Assembly: GCF_000195855.1 (NCBI RefSeq)
Contig: NC_002677.1
Span: 1,560,001-1,592,000, forward strand
Length of the DNA: 32,000 nt
Origin: Mycobacterium leprae TN
GTDB lineage: Bacteria; Actinomycetota; Actinomycetes; Mycobacteriales; Mycobacteriaceae
Reading direction: 5' to 3'
Below the pieces are notes generated by a model that saw only the letters and a program-made list of their open reading frames with translations, did no database searches and had not been told where the DNA came from. The translations under genes were made by a program, and so were the position numbers. Below, in pieces: positions 18,350 to 28,149 of this stretch. Within the stretch, counting starts at the first letter, position 1. Each line of letters begins with the position of its first letter.

Positions 18350-19660
18350 GCAGTCGACTAGTTGGGTGGCCTGCACTTTACTTGTGCATCTGCTTGTTCA
18401 CGAACGGATAGCCCAGCGGCAGTTCCCGGGCGTGGGCTGGAGACAGCCGACAGACCGAGTTTGGCGAAGACATCTATCAAGTTGTCGAGCATCTCGCCGG
18501 AGAGTAATTCGCTATGTATCAAGCATTTTTAGCCAGTTCCTGCTTGGCATGAGTTCATTCGGACTTTCCGAATGCGGGGAACCGATCCGGATCCGATAAA
18601 ACCTGACCCTGCTGCCTTGTATCTGCGTAGTAACCGAGCTCGGTCAACCTCGAGAGTGATCACTTGCCCTTGACTGCGGCCGCGCCTAGTTAGTTGGTTG
18701 CCCTGCCCAAATGTCCTCCAGCACCGCAATGAAGCGCTCCGACTACCCAGGTTTGTGCGATCGGGCCGCGGGCGCTGCGCGCCTTGACTCCCGTACTCAA
18801 CGGAGCGGGGCCGCTATGGCGATGATACCAGACACTACTCACCCGCTCGGGAGCGTCGGGATGACGCTACTTGGCGGATTTTGGCCTTGCCGTCAATAAG
18901 CAGGACAACAGCTACATGGCACCACGCCGCGGCGAGTGTTCAGGGCGGCGGGCGGTTTGTCCGATGATGGTGTGGGGTGGGTAAAGTCGGGGGTCGGGTG
19001 GCGCGTCTAGTGCTGAGTGTCTCGATACTAAAACGTATAAAACTAAAACGTGGATGACCGCATTGGTTGCCTGTTCGTTTTATCGATACCAAATGGGCAG
19101 TCGATATTTTTGCAGCCGAGGTGCCGAGTGCGTTGACGTGGCGCTGTGCGATCGTGTGCGAGCGATCGTCGCTTACCCTATGGGAGGCCCATCCGCATCG
19201 GCCGGCAATCCAGCAGAGCGGTGTTGGTGACGTTAGCCGGTCCCAAAGCGCGGTGGTGCCGGTCTCGTCATCGCCAGTGTCAATGCACACTTCGCGGCTG
19301 CAGGCTTTGGTGCGTGTGTGATGCAGTGCATCAGAGTCATAGCGATCGATCCACGCGTTGATGGCCTTTTCCAGTTTGGCTGCTGACAGCGGACTACATG
19401 CGGTTGTGTAGTTCGACTAAGGTGGCATCGATTAGCCGCAGCGCTTCCTCGTCGTGGACGAGTATTAGGTGCGCCACGTGACCGGTAGATGCTAACCGCG
19501 TACTGAGCCCTCATGCTAGAAACAGTGTTGCTACCTTCGGCAATCGATTTAGGGTGAGATTGAGATGTATCTGTCTGTCTTGAGGCATTGCCGTGGCTGA
19601 TGCTCAGCGCGGCAGCCACTTCGACAGCTGCGCAGTCCTTGGTACGCGGTACCAACACGG
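18350..19660 (-). pseudogene. DUF222/HNH endonuclease (REP13E12-type) pseudogene
   Basis: The minus strand encodes PLSAAKLEKAINAWIDRYDSDALHHTRTKACSREVCIDTGDDETGTTALWDRL...SDDRSHTIAQRHVNALGTSAA (cf. the family signature DPRTxxQRRADALgalaa). Further 3', SQGQVITLEVDRARLLRRYKAAGSGF appears (cf. PDGTviWTsPtGrtYtt). It is broken by stops and frameshifts, and the N-terminus is probably truncated. Boundaries are approximate. Confidence 0.5.
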
Positions 19661-19800
19661 TGCAGTTCAGTCGGGTTCGGCGGTGATATATCGAATATGC
19701 TTTTGTTGCTAGGGGGGTGGCACTGACATTGATGGTTGGTTGGTACCCGTGGGCGTGGCTCGCCCACCGCGATGCTCAAACAACCAGTACCCTCAAAGAT

Positions 19801-21159
19801 GTGCAGCGTCGAATTATGGGAATCGAAACCGAGTTCGGTGTCACCTGCACATTTCATGGTCACCGTCGTCTTTCCCCGGATGAGGTGGCCCGCTATCTGT
19901 TCCGTCGAGTGGTGTCCTGGGGCCGCAGCTCCAATGTCTTCCTGCGTAACGGTGCCCGCCTCTATCTTGACGTGGGCAGTCATCCCGAGTATGCTACCGC
20001 CGAATGCGACAACCTGGTGCAGCTTGTCACCCATGACCGGGCTGGCGAATGGGTGCTAGAAGACCTGCTCGTTGATGCCGAGCAGCGGCTCGCCGACGAA
20101 GGCATCGGTGGCGACATTTACCTGTTCAAGAACAACACCGACTCGGCGGGAAACTCCTACGGCTGTCACGAAAACTACCTGATCGTGCGCGCTGGTGAGT
20201 TCTCCAGAATTTCGGATGTGCTGCTGCCGTTCCTGGTCACTCGTCAGTTGATCTGCGGAGCCGGCAAGGTGCTGCAAACTCCCAAAGCCGCGACGTTCTG
20301 CCTGTCACAACGTGCTGAGCATATCTGGGAGGGCGTCTCTTCGGCGACTACCCGTAGCCGACCGATTATCAACACCCGCGACGAGCCACACGCCGACGCT
20401 GAGAAGTATAGGCGGCTGCACGTCATCGTCGGTGACTCCAATATGTGCGAGACCACCACCATGCTCAAGGTGGGCACCGCCGCGCTAATGCTGGAAATGG
20501 TCGAAACCGGGGTTCCATTTCGCGATTTTTCTCTGGACAACCCTATCCGCGCCATCCGGGAGGTCAGCCATGACATCACTGGGCGCCGTCCGGTGCGGTT
20601 GGCTGGCGGGCGTCAAGCTAGTGCGCTGGACATCCAACGGGAATATTACACCCGGGCCTTCGAACATCTGCAAACCCGAGAGCCTAACGTGCAGTTCGAG
20701 CAGGTTGTTGACTTGTGGGGCCGTCAGCTCGACGCCATTGAGAGCCAGGATTTCGCCAAGGTGGATACCGAGATCGACTGGGTGATCAAACGCAAGCTGT
20801 TTCAGCGCTACCAGGACCGCGACAACATGGAGCTGACCGATCCGAAGATCGCCCAGCTGGACCTGGCCTATCACGACATCAAGCGTGGGCGCGGTGTCTT
20901 CGATCTGCTGCAGCGTAAGGGGCTGGCGGCGCGTGTCACGACCGACGAAGACATTGCCGACGCGGTCAACCACCCGCCGCAAACCACCCGGGCTAGGCTG
21001 CGCGGCGAGTTCATCAGCGCCGCGCAGGCGGCGGGACGTGATTTCACTGTCGACTGGGTACATCTTAAACTTAACGACCAAGCGCAGCGCACGGTGTTGT
21101 GCAAAGACCCCTTCCGCGCGGTCGACGAGCGGGTCAAGCGGCTGATCGCGAGCATGTAG
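19801..21159 (+). CDS. pafA: Pup ligase PafA
   Basis: The GTG at 19801 gives 452 aa, [20 protein letters not shown]..., [55 protein letters not shown], ...VKRLIASM. The track ORF start at 19717 adds 28 residues with no homology support. Confidence 0.95.
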   Translation: MQRRIMGIETEFGVTCTFHGHRRLSPDEVARYLFRRVVSWGRSSNVFLRNGARLYLDVGSHPEYATAECDNLVQLVTHDRAGEWVLEDLLVDAEQRLADEGIGGDIYLFKNNTDSAGNSYGCHENYLIVRAGEFSRISDVLLPFLVTRQLICGAGKVLQTPKAATFCLSQRAEHIWEGVSSATTRSRPIINTRDEPHADAEKYRRLHVIVGDSNMCETTTMLKVGTAALMLEMVETGVPFRDFSLDNPIRAIREVSHDITGRRPVRLAGGRQASALDIQREYYTRAFEHLQTREPNVQFEQVVDLWGRQLDAIESQDFAKVDTEIDWVIKRKLFQRYQDRDNMELTDPKIAQLDLAYHDIKRGRGVFDLLQRKGLAARVTTDEDIADAVNHPPQTTRARLRGEFISAAQAAGRDFTVDWVHLKLNDQAQRTVLCKDPFRAVDERVKRLIASM

Positions 21160-21165
21160 CTATAC

Positions 21166-22161
21166 ATGGCGACGTCGAAAGTTGAACGGCTGGTCAACCT
21201 GGTTATCGCCTTGCTGTCGACCCGTGGCTACATGACCGCTGAAAAGATCAGATCCAGCGTGGCGGGTTACTCCGACAGTCCTACCGTAGAGGCGTTCTCT
21301 CGGATGTTTGAGCGCGATAAGAACGAGTTACGTGACCTTGGCATACCGCTCGAGGTCGGCAAGGTGTCGGCGCTAGACCCCTCCGAGGGCTACCGCATCA
21401 ACCGCGATGCGTACGCACTTCCTCCCGTCGAGCTAACCCCGGACGAAGCGGCTGCAGTAGCTGTCGCAACTCAGCTGTGGGAATCGCAAGAACTGATCAC
21501 CGCGACACAAGGCGCATTGCTCAAGCTGCGGGCCGCCGGGGTTGACATCGACCCCCTCGATACACCGGTGGTCATCGCCTCATCGTCTGGGGTGTCAAGT
21601 CTGCGTGGGTCGGAGGATTTTCTATCAATCCTGTTGTCGGCCATTGGTTCTCGGCAGGCAGTGCAGTTTCCGTACCGGCCGTCACGGGCTGAGCCTTACA
21701 CCATGCGCAACGTCGAACCGTGGGGTGTGATCACCGAGAACAGTTGCTGGTATCTCGTTGGCCACGACTGCGATCGCAACGCCACCCGCACTTTCCGGCT
21801 CTCTCGGATCGGTTCGGAGGTCGCGCCGATCGGGCCTGCCGGCGCTGTCACCGTGCCTGACGGCGTCGATTTGCGCAGAATCGTGTCTGACGCCGTCGCC
21901 GAAGTGTCGACCGGCGCTACCGCCCGGGTGTGGGTCGTCGACGGACGGGCCACTGCGTTGCGGCACGCCGGACGACCCGCCGGTGTTCGGCGACTGGGCG
22001 GCCGCGACGGTCAGGTGATCGAACTCGACATTGGATCCATCGACCGGCTGGCCCGTGACATCGCTGGCCACGGTGCTGACGCTGTCGTGCTCGAGCCAGA
22101 CGCTCTGCGCGACGATGTGTTGATACGGTTGCGCGCCCACGCGGGAACAGGGCCTTCATGA
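21166..22161 (+). CDS. pafB: PafB, HTH/WYL-domain transcriptional regulator subunit
   Basis: This 331-aa ORF starts MATSKVERLVNLVIALLSTRGYMTAEKIRSSV (N-terminal wHTH). Its central WYL-type domain is ...EPWGVITENSCWYLVGHDCDRNATRTFRLSRI. It lies immediately after pafA. Confidence 0.9.
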   Translation: MATSKVERLVNLVIALLSTRGYMTAEKIRSSVAGYSDSPTVEAFSRMFERDKNELRDLGIPLEVGKVSALDPSEGYRINRDAYALPPVELTPDEAAAVAVATQLWESQELITATQGALLKLRAAGVDIDPLDTPVVIASSSGVSSLRGSEDFLSILLSAIGSRQAVQFPYRPSRAEPYTMRNVEPWGVITENSCWYLVGHDCDRNATRTFRLSRIGSEVAPIGPAGAVTVPDGVDLRRIVSDAVAEVSTGATARVWVVDGRATALRHAGRPAGVRRLGGRDGQVIELDIGSIDRLARDIAGHGADAVVLEPDALRDDVLIRLRAHAGTGPS

Positions 22162-23132
22162 CACAGCTGTCCACCCGCCTAGTGCGGCTGCTCAATATGG
22201 TGCCGTACTTCCAGGCTAACCCGCGGATTACCCGTGCGGAAGCTGCCGCCGATCTGGGAGTGTCTGCCAAGCAGCTAGACCAGGACTTCAACCAGCTGTG
22301 GGTGTGCGGTCTTCCTGGCTATGGCCCTGGTGATCTCATTGACTTCGAGTTCTCTGGTGACACCATCGAGGTGACCTTCTCAGCGGGCATTGACCGGCCT
22401 TTGCAGCTGACGTCGCCGGAGGCCATCGGCCTGTTGGTGGCGCTTCGGGCACTGGCCAACATTCCGGGAGTGGTTGATCCGGAGGCGGTGCGCAGCGCGA
22501 TCGCCAAGATCGAGGCCGCAGCGGTTGTTATGGGGAACGAGGCCACTGGATCGGTGGCCTCAGTCGATACGCGGCCGTTCTCCGAGAGTCACGCAGTGGC
22601 CGCAGTGCGTGCCGCGGTGCGGGACAAACAAGCATTGGTGATCGACTACTACTCTGCGTCACATGACACTTTGACCAGCCGGATTGTCGACCCTATCCGA
22701 GTACTCCTGGTGGGTGATCACAGTTACCTTGAGGCTTGGTCGCGCGAAGCCGAAGGGGTTCGGCTGTTCCGCTTCGACCGGATCGTGGTGGCCCGCGAGC
22801 TGGATGAGCCGGCCGCTGCACCTGAAACAGTGCGGAAGGCGCTGCCAGACACATCGTTCTTCGATGACGACCCGTTGCTGCCGTCGGCGACGCTGTGGGT
22901 AGCGCGTTCGGTGTCCTGGATATTCGAGTACTACCCGATGCGGCAGGCCCATGAGTTGCCGGATGGATCGTTCCAGGCGGTCATGACATACGCTTCGGAT
23001 GCTTGGATGACGCGCTTGGTGCTAGGATTTGGGTCGGCTGTGCAAGTACAAGCACCGGAGGCGCTCGCGTACCGCGTGCGGAATGCTGCGGTCGCTGCTC
23101 TGGAGTCCTACCAGGTTACGGCTCAGGCGTGA
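22158..23132 (+). CDS. pafC: PafC, HTH/WYL-domain transcriptional regulator subunit
   Basis: The ATG overlaps the pafB stop (ATGA). The protein is 324 aa, with LVRLLNMVPYFQANPRITRAEAAADLGVSAKQLDQD and ...VDPIRVLLVGDHSYLEAWSREAEGVRLFRFDRI. Confidence 0.9.
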   Translation: MTQLSTRLVRLLNMVPYFQANPRITRAEAAADLGVSAKQLDQDFNQLWVCGLPGYGPGDLIDFEFSGDTIEVTFSAGIDRPLQLTSPEAIGLLVALRALANIPGVVDPEAVRSAIAKIEAAAVVMGNEATGSVASVDTRPFSESHAVAAVRAAVRDKQALVIDYYSASHDTLTSRIVDPIRVLLVGDHSYLEAWSREAEGVRLFRFDRIVVARELDEPAAAPETVRKALPDTSFFDDDPLLPSATLWVARSVSWIFEYYPMRQAHELPDGSFQAVMTYASDAWMTRLVLGFGSAVQVQAPEALAYRVRNAAVAALESYQVTAQA

Positions 23133-23204
23133 TGCTGTGGTGCGGACGCCGATAGGTGGCGTTGCCGCGGTAGCATCCACTGGATGTCTGGAGGTAAATT
23201 TAAA

Positions 23205-23471
23205 GTGGGTAGTCTTAGTCCATGGCACTGGGTGGTCCTCGTTGTCGTAGTGGTCCTGCTGTTCGGTGCCAAGAAGCTCCCCGATGCTGCGCGCTCGTTG
23301 GGTAAGTCGATGCGCATTTTTAAGTCTGAACTACGTGAAATGCAGACCGAGAACCAGGCGCAAGCGTCTGCCCTTGAGACACCAATGCAGAACCCCACGG
23401 TTGTGCAGTCCCAGCGGGTCGTCCCGCCATGGTCGACTGAGCAGGATCACACCGAGGCGCGGCCGGCTTAG
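23205..23471 (+). CDS. tatA: Twin-arginine translocase subunit TatA
   Basis: The GTG at 23205 is preceded by GGAGG (23190-23194). [42 protein letters not shown] is a canonical TatA TM plus amphipathic helix. The track start at 23184 is less likely. Confidence 0.9.
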   Translation: MGSLSPWHWVVLVVVVVLLFGAKKLPDAARSLGKSMRIFKSELREMQTENQAQASALETPMQNPTVVQSQRVVPPWSTEQDHTEARPA

Positions 23472-23537
23472 CACGGCAGCAACGTCGTAATCCTAGAGCG
23501 TCATTGACCAAACGTCGTGAACGGTTGCAGGGCTGTA

Positions 23538-24470
23538 GTGCGTGCCTGTGATCTACTCAAAAGAATCAAGCAGCATTACAGGCGCAGTCGCACCAATCCA
23601 GATGCGACGATGTCTCTGATCGACCACCTGACTGAGTTGCGAACCCGGCTACTGATCTCGTTGGCCGCGATTGTGGTCACCACGATTTTCGGGTTCATCT
23701 GGTACTCTCATTCCATCTTCGGGTTGGAGAGTCTCGGCGAGTGGTTACGGCGTCCGTACTGTTCGCTGCCGCAATCGGCACGTGCGGATATCAGCCCCGA
23801 CGGGCAGTGTCGATTGTTGGCCACAGCGCCGTTCGATCAATTCATGCTGCGAATCAAGGTTGGGATGGCCGCCGGGATCGTGCTGGCCTCCCCAGTGTGG
23901 TTTTACCAGCTCTGGGCGTTCATCACGCCAGGGCTCTACACGAAGGAACGCCGCTTCACGGTGGCTTTCGTGGTTCCAGCCGCGGTGCTGTTCGCCGGCG
24001 GTACTGTACTAGCATATTTGGTGTTATCCAAAGCGTTGGGTTTCTTGCTGATTGTCGGTAGCGGCGTGCAAGTGACCGCGCTTTCTGGTGACCGGTATTT
24101 CGGTTTTTTGTTGAACCTTCTGGTAGTTTTCGGGGTCAGCTTTGAGTTCCCGCTGTTGATCGTCATGCTCAACATCGCTGGTCTTCTGACCTATCAGCGG
24201 CTGAAGTCTTGGCGTCGTGGTCTAATATTCGCAATGTTTGTGTTCGCGGCGGTATTTACGCCCGGATCTGACCCATTTTCGATGACAGCGCTTGGCGCCG
24301 CTCTGACCGTGCTGCTCGAGCTTGCCATCCAGCTAGTTCGGCTGCACGACAAGCGCAGAGTCAAGCATGAAGCCTTAATCGCCGACGATGAAGCGTCTGT
24401 CATCGAGCCACCCTCGTCGATACCGGAGCGGTCGTATACCGCTACTAGGTCTCATGACGATGTCACATAA
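23538..24470 (+). CDS. tatC: Twin-arginine translocase subunit TatC
   Basis: [29 protein letters not shown]... is followed by six TM segments, with ...[18 protein letters not shown] and ...[16 protein letters not shown]. The start is uncertain (GTG 23538, GTG 23517 or the internal ATG). Confidence 0.88.
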
Positions 24471-24494
24471 AGGTCCGCGCCGCGCGGCGGCAGC

Positions 24495-27257
24495 ATGACT
24501 GACCTGGCCGAGCTGGCCCGGTTCACCGCGGAATTGCCCTTCTCGCTCGACGACTTTCAGCAACGGGCGTGTGCGGCACTTGAACGTGGCCATGGTGTAC
24601 TGGTCTGCGCACCTACCGGTGCCGGTAAGACCGTGGTCGGCGAATTCGCCGTACACCTTGCGTTAGCGGCTGGTGGCAAGTGCTTCTACACCACACCGCT
24701 GAAAGCGCTGAGCAATCAAAAGTACACCGACCTCACCGCGCGCTACGGCCGGAATCGGATCGGGCTGCTGACCGGTGACCAGTCGGTGAACGGTGATTCG
24801 CCTGTGGTGGTGATGACCACCGAAGTGTTGCGTAACATGCTTTACGCTGATTCGTTTGCACTACAAGGACTTTCTCATGTGGTGATGGACGAGGTGCACT
24901 TTATTGCCGACCGAATGCGGGGTCCGGTCTGGGAGGAAGTGATCCTGCATCTGCCCGATGATGTGCGAATGGTCAGCCTGTCGGCGACGGTGAGCAACGC
25001 CGAAGAGTTCGGTGGCTGGGTCCAGACCGTGCGCGGCGATACAACTGTGGTCGTTGACGAACATCGGCCGGTGCCATTGTGGCAACACGTATTGGTGGGT
25101 AAACGGCTCTTCGACTTGTTCGATTACGACAGCAACGTCGACCAATCCCCTGTCAACCCGAATCTGTTGCGTCACATCGCACATTGCCGCGAGGCGGACC
25201 GGATGTCGGATTGGCGCAATCCCCGCCGGCGGGCGGGAAGAGGCAGCGGTGTCCGGCCGCGCTTCTACCGTTCACTTGCGCGCCCGGAGGTAATCGCGAT
25301 CCTGGACGCCGAAGGACTCTTGCCGGCGATCACGTTTGTGTTTTCCCGGTTCGGTTGTGACGCCGCAGTTCAGCAGTGCCTGCGGTCACCGCTGCGGCTG
25401 ACCAGCGAGGAGGAGCGTGCCCAGATTGCGGAGGTGATCGACCACCGTTGCGGTGATCTCGCGGACGCCGATCTGGCGGTACTCGGTTACTACGAGTGGC
25501 GAGAGGGGCTGCTGCGCGGTCTGGCGGCTCATCATGCTGGGATGTTGCCGGCATTCCGACACGCTGTCGAGGAGTTGTTCACCGCAGGACTGGTGAAGGC
25601 GGTGTTTGCCACCGAGACGTTGGCGCTGGGCATCAATATGCCCGCGCGCACGGTAGTGCTTGAGCGGTTAGTGAAATTCAACGGCAAGCAGCATGTTCCG
25701 TTGACGCCGGGAGAGTACACTCAGCTGACGGGCCGCGCAGGCAGGCGAGGCATCGATGTCGAGGGTCATGCAGTGGTGATCTGGCATCCTAGCGAAGACA
25801 CCAGCGGACCGTCCGCGGTTGCCGGCTTGGCTTCCGCCCGCACCTTTCCGCTACGTAGTTCGTTTGTGCCGTCGTACAACATGACGATTAACCTGGTACA
25901 CTGGATGAGTCCCGAGCGGGCGCACGCGCTGCTGGAGCAATCGTTTGCCCAATACCAAGCCGATCGATCCGTCGTCGGACTTGTTCGGGGCATTGAGCGT
26001 TGCACTCAGGTGCTTGGCGATATTTCCTCTGAACTGGGCGGGCCGGATGCGCCGATATTAGAATATGCTCGGCTACGTGCGCGGATCGCAGAGATGGAAC
26101 GCGCACAATCCTTCGTGTTTAGGCTGCAGCGTAAGCAGGCGGCCAACGATGTGTTGGCGGCGTTGCGGCGAGGCGACATCATCACCATCACGCATGGTCG
26201 TCACGGCGGACTGGCAGTGGTCCTCGAATCCGCCCGCGACAGCTCCAACCCGCGGCCATTGGTGCTCACCGAACACCGATGGGCGGGGCGGATTTCCTCG
26301 GCGGATTATATGGGTGCGGCCGCGCCGGTTGGGTCGATGACGTTGCCCAAGCGGGTCGAACACCGCCAGCAGCGGGTTCGTCGTGATCTAGCCTCCGCAC
26401 TGCGATCGGCTGCCACACGGTTGTCAGTTCCTGATATCGGTGATGGAGTCGATGGCGACAAAATCGGCTTCAATGACGGTGTATTGCACGATCCCGAGCT
26501 CGCGTCGTTGCGCGCGCAACTACGTCGTCATCGGTCAAATAACGCACCCGGTTTGGACACCCAGTTACAGCAGGCCGAACGCTATTTGCGCATCGAACGC
26601 TACAACGCGCAGCTGCAGCGGAAGGTGGCCGCAGCCACCAACTCGTTGGCTCGGACTTTTGATCGGATCGTCGGGCTGCTCATCGAGCGTGACTTCATCC
26701 GAGGCCCGGCTGATGATCCCCAAGTTACTGATGATGGCCGGTTGTTGGCCCGTATCTACAGCGAAAGTGATCTGTTGGTCGCTGAATGCCTGCGAACCGG
26801 TGCGTGGGCAGGCCTGCGGCCCGCGGAGTTAGCGGCTGTGGTCTCGGCGGTGCTCTACGAGACGCGTGGTGATGACGGCCCCGGTGGCCCAGTTGACGCC
26901 GAGGCGCCCACACCGCGGTTACGTCAGGCGCTGCAACACACTTCAAGGTTGTCCGCGACTTTACGCGCCGATGAGCAACGGCACCGGATCGCATTGAGCC
27001 GTGAACCCGACGACGGTTTTGTCGGTGTCATTTACTGCTGGGCTCGGACCGGTGATTTAGCGGCGGTATTAGCTGCGGCCGATGCGTCGGGCAACGGTGC
27101 GCCATTGTCAGCGGGGGATTTTGTGCGCTGGTGCCGTCAGGTGCTCGACTTATTGGATCAACTTCGCAACGCTGCCCCCGAGCCTGATTTGCGGGCCACA
27201 GCTAAGCGCGCAATCAACGATGTTCGGCGCGGCGTCGTCGCAGTTGACGCCGGGTAG
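24495..27257 (+). CDS. helY: Ski2-like DEAD/DEAH-box ATP-dependent RNA helicase HelY
   Basis: This 920-aa ORF has motif I APTGAGKT, motif II MDEVH, SAT (LSATVSN), motif VI QLTGRAGRRGID, and a C-terminal DSHCT-like region. Confidence 0.95.
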   Translation: MTDLAELARFTAELPFSLDDFQQRACAALERGHGVLVCAPTGAGKTVVGEFAVHLALAAGGKCFYTTPLKALSNQKYTDLTARYGRNRIGLLTGDQSVNGDSPVVVMTTEVLRNMLYADSFALQGLSHVVMDEVHFIADRMRGPVWEEVILHLPDDVRMVSLSATVSNAEEFGGWVQTVRGDTTVVVDEHRPVPLWQHVLVGKRLFDLFDYDSNVDQSPVNPNLLRHIAHCREADRMSDWRNPRRRAGRGSGVRPRFYRSLARPEVIAILDAEGLLPAITFVFSRFGCDAAVQQCLRSPLRLTSEEERAQIAEVIDHRCGDLADADLAVLGYYEWREGLLRGLAAHHAGMLPAFRHAVEELFTAGLVKAVFATETLALGINMPARTVVLERLVKFNGKQHVPLTPGEYTQLTGRAGRRGIDVEGHAVVIWHPSEDTSGPSAVAGLASARTFPLRSSFVPSYNMTINLVHWMSPERAHALLEQSFAQYQADRSVVGLVRGIERCTQVLGDISSELGGPDAPILEYARLRARIAEMERAQSFVFRLQRKQAANDVLAALRRGDIITITHGRHGGLAVVLESARDSSNPRPLVLTEHRWAGRISSADYMGAAAPVGSMTLPKRVEHRQQRVRRDLASALRSAATRLSVPDIGDGVDGDKIGFNDGVLHDPELASLRAQLRRHRSNNAPGLDTQLQQAERYLRIERYNAQLQRKVAAATNSLARTFDRIVGLLIERDFIRGPADDPQVTDDGRLLARIYSESDLLVAECLRTGAWAGLRPAELAAVVSAVLYETRGDDGPGGPVDAEAPTPRLRQALQHTSRLSATLRADEQRHRIALSREPDDGFVGVIYCWARTGDLAAVLAAADASGNGAPLSAGDFVRWCRQVLDLLDQLRNAAPEPDLRATAKRAINDVRRGVVAVDAG

Positions 27258-27321
27258 GCTGGATCGGAACTTCGGTTATATCCCGGATGTGTCAAGGAAG
27301 CAAGAACACTGAGGAGAAACG

Positions 27322-28140
27322 ATGAGCGAACCGCAGGGATCGGATCCGGGTAAGCAGTGGCAATCGCCCGGTGAGGGTGTGGAAAACCACTCCTCGGACC
27401 AGCCGACCCAGGCGGCATCACCCTGGCAACAGCAACCTTCAACCCAGGACTCAACCTGGCATCCGCCGGCGTACGCGTCTCCAGAATGCTACAACTATCC
27501 GCAGCTGACTGAGCCCGTCTATCCGCATCAATATCCATCGGCTACCCCCGGCTATGGGCAGCCTGGGTATTTCGGTGCCCAGTTTTCCCAGTGCGGTATA
27601 CCCGGTCAATACCCACAATCCGGCTCGCCTGGCCAGTACGGCTCGCCTGGCCAGTACGGCCCGCCTGGCCAGTACGGCCCGCCTGGCCAGTACGGCCCGC
27701 CTGGCCAGTACGGCCCGCCTGGCCAGTACGGCCCGCCTGGCCAGTACGGCCCGCCTGGCCAGTACTCACAGCAATTCCAGCCTTATGAACAACCGGGCAC
27801 GAAGGGTTTTGTCGCTCTGATCGGCAGCATCGCTGGCGTGATTGGCGTGCTGATCTTTGCTGCCATCTTGGTAACCGGCTTTTTGTGGCCAGCGTGGCTA
27901 GTCACTACCAAGTTGGATGTCAACAAGGCCCAGGCTAGTGTGCAGCAGGTCCTTACCGATGAGACTAACGGCTATGGCGCGAAAAATGTCAAAGACGTCA
28001 AGTGCAATAACGGGGCAGATCCTACCGTCAAGAAGGGTGACACCTTCGACTGCAGTGTAAGTATCGATGGCATGCAGAAGCGAGTGACGGTGACTTTTCA
28101 AGATGATAAGGGTACCTACGAGGTCGGTCGACCACAATAG
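27322..28140 (+). CDS. Proline/glutamine-rich single-pass membrane protein with a C-terminal DUF4333 domain (Rv2091c-like)
   Basis: GAGGAG (27311-27316) lies 5 nt upstream of the ATG. The N-terminal region is low-complexity P/Q/Y-rich and includes (G[SP]PGQY)x8. One TM helix follows ([27 protein letters not shown]). The C-terminus is DUF4333-like, ...[42 protein letters not shown]. Confidence 0.85.
   Translation: MSEPQGSDPGKQWQSPGEGVENHSSDQPTQAASPWQQQPSTQDSTWHPPAYASPECYNYPQLTEPVYPHQYPSATPGYGQPGYFGAQFSQCGIPGQYPQSGSPGQYGSPGQYGPPGQYGPPGQYGPPGQYGPPGQYGPPGQYGPPGQYSQQFQPYEQPGTKGFVALIGSIAGVIGVLIFAAILVTGFLWPAWLVTTKLDVNKAQASVQQVLTDETNGYGAKNVKDVKCNNGADPTVKKGDTFDCSVSIDGMQKRVTVTFQDDKGTYEVGRPQ
27622..27765 (+). 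repeat. 18-bp tandem repeat x 8 (in-frame minisatellite inside the CDS)
   Basis: There are two units of GGCTCGCCTGGCCAGTAC followed by six identical units of GGCCCGCCTGGCCAGTAC, counted base by base (27622-27765). A degenerate unit (GIPGQY) lies just upstream at about 27595-27612. Confidence 0.95.
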
Positions 28141-28149
28141 GCTGACGCT

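Noticed and set aside
18500-18700. My first reading of the minus-strand RGRSQGQVITLE as the SNF2 helicase (helZ) motif DRAxRIGQ
   Set aside because: The surrounding fragments fit the DUF222/HNH family much better (DDRSHTIAQRHVNALG upstream, a PDGTxxWT-like context). The helZ interpretation was dropped.
20485-21081. A 198-aa ORF antisense to pafA, with comparable ORFs antisense to dop (14876-15355), hisG (2283-2891), the nuclease gene and trmI (6102-6527)
   Set aside because: The reason is the same. These are GC-rich antisense frames within well-supported genes, with Arg/Pro/Ser-rich nonsense composition.
27622-27765. A possible CRISPR-like array
   Set aside because: The units are directly adjacent with no spacers, are only 18 bp long, and lie in frame within a CDS. 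This is a minisatellite, not CRISPR.
27542-27820. Three ORFs (65-88 aa) in alternative frames and strands across the 18-bp repeat (e.g. ...[12 protein letters not shown]..., ...[12 protein letters not shown]...)
   Set aside because: These are periodic artefacts of the tandem repeat. The frame encoding GPPGQY is continuous with a full-length membrane protein.
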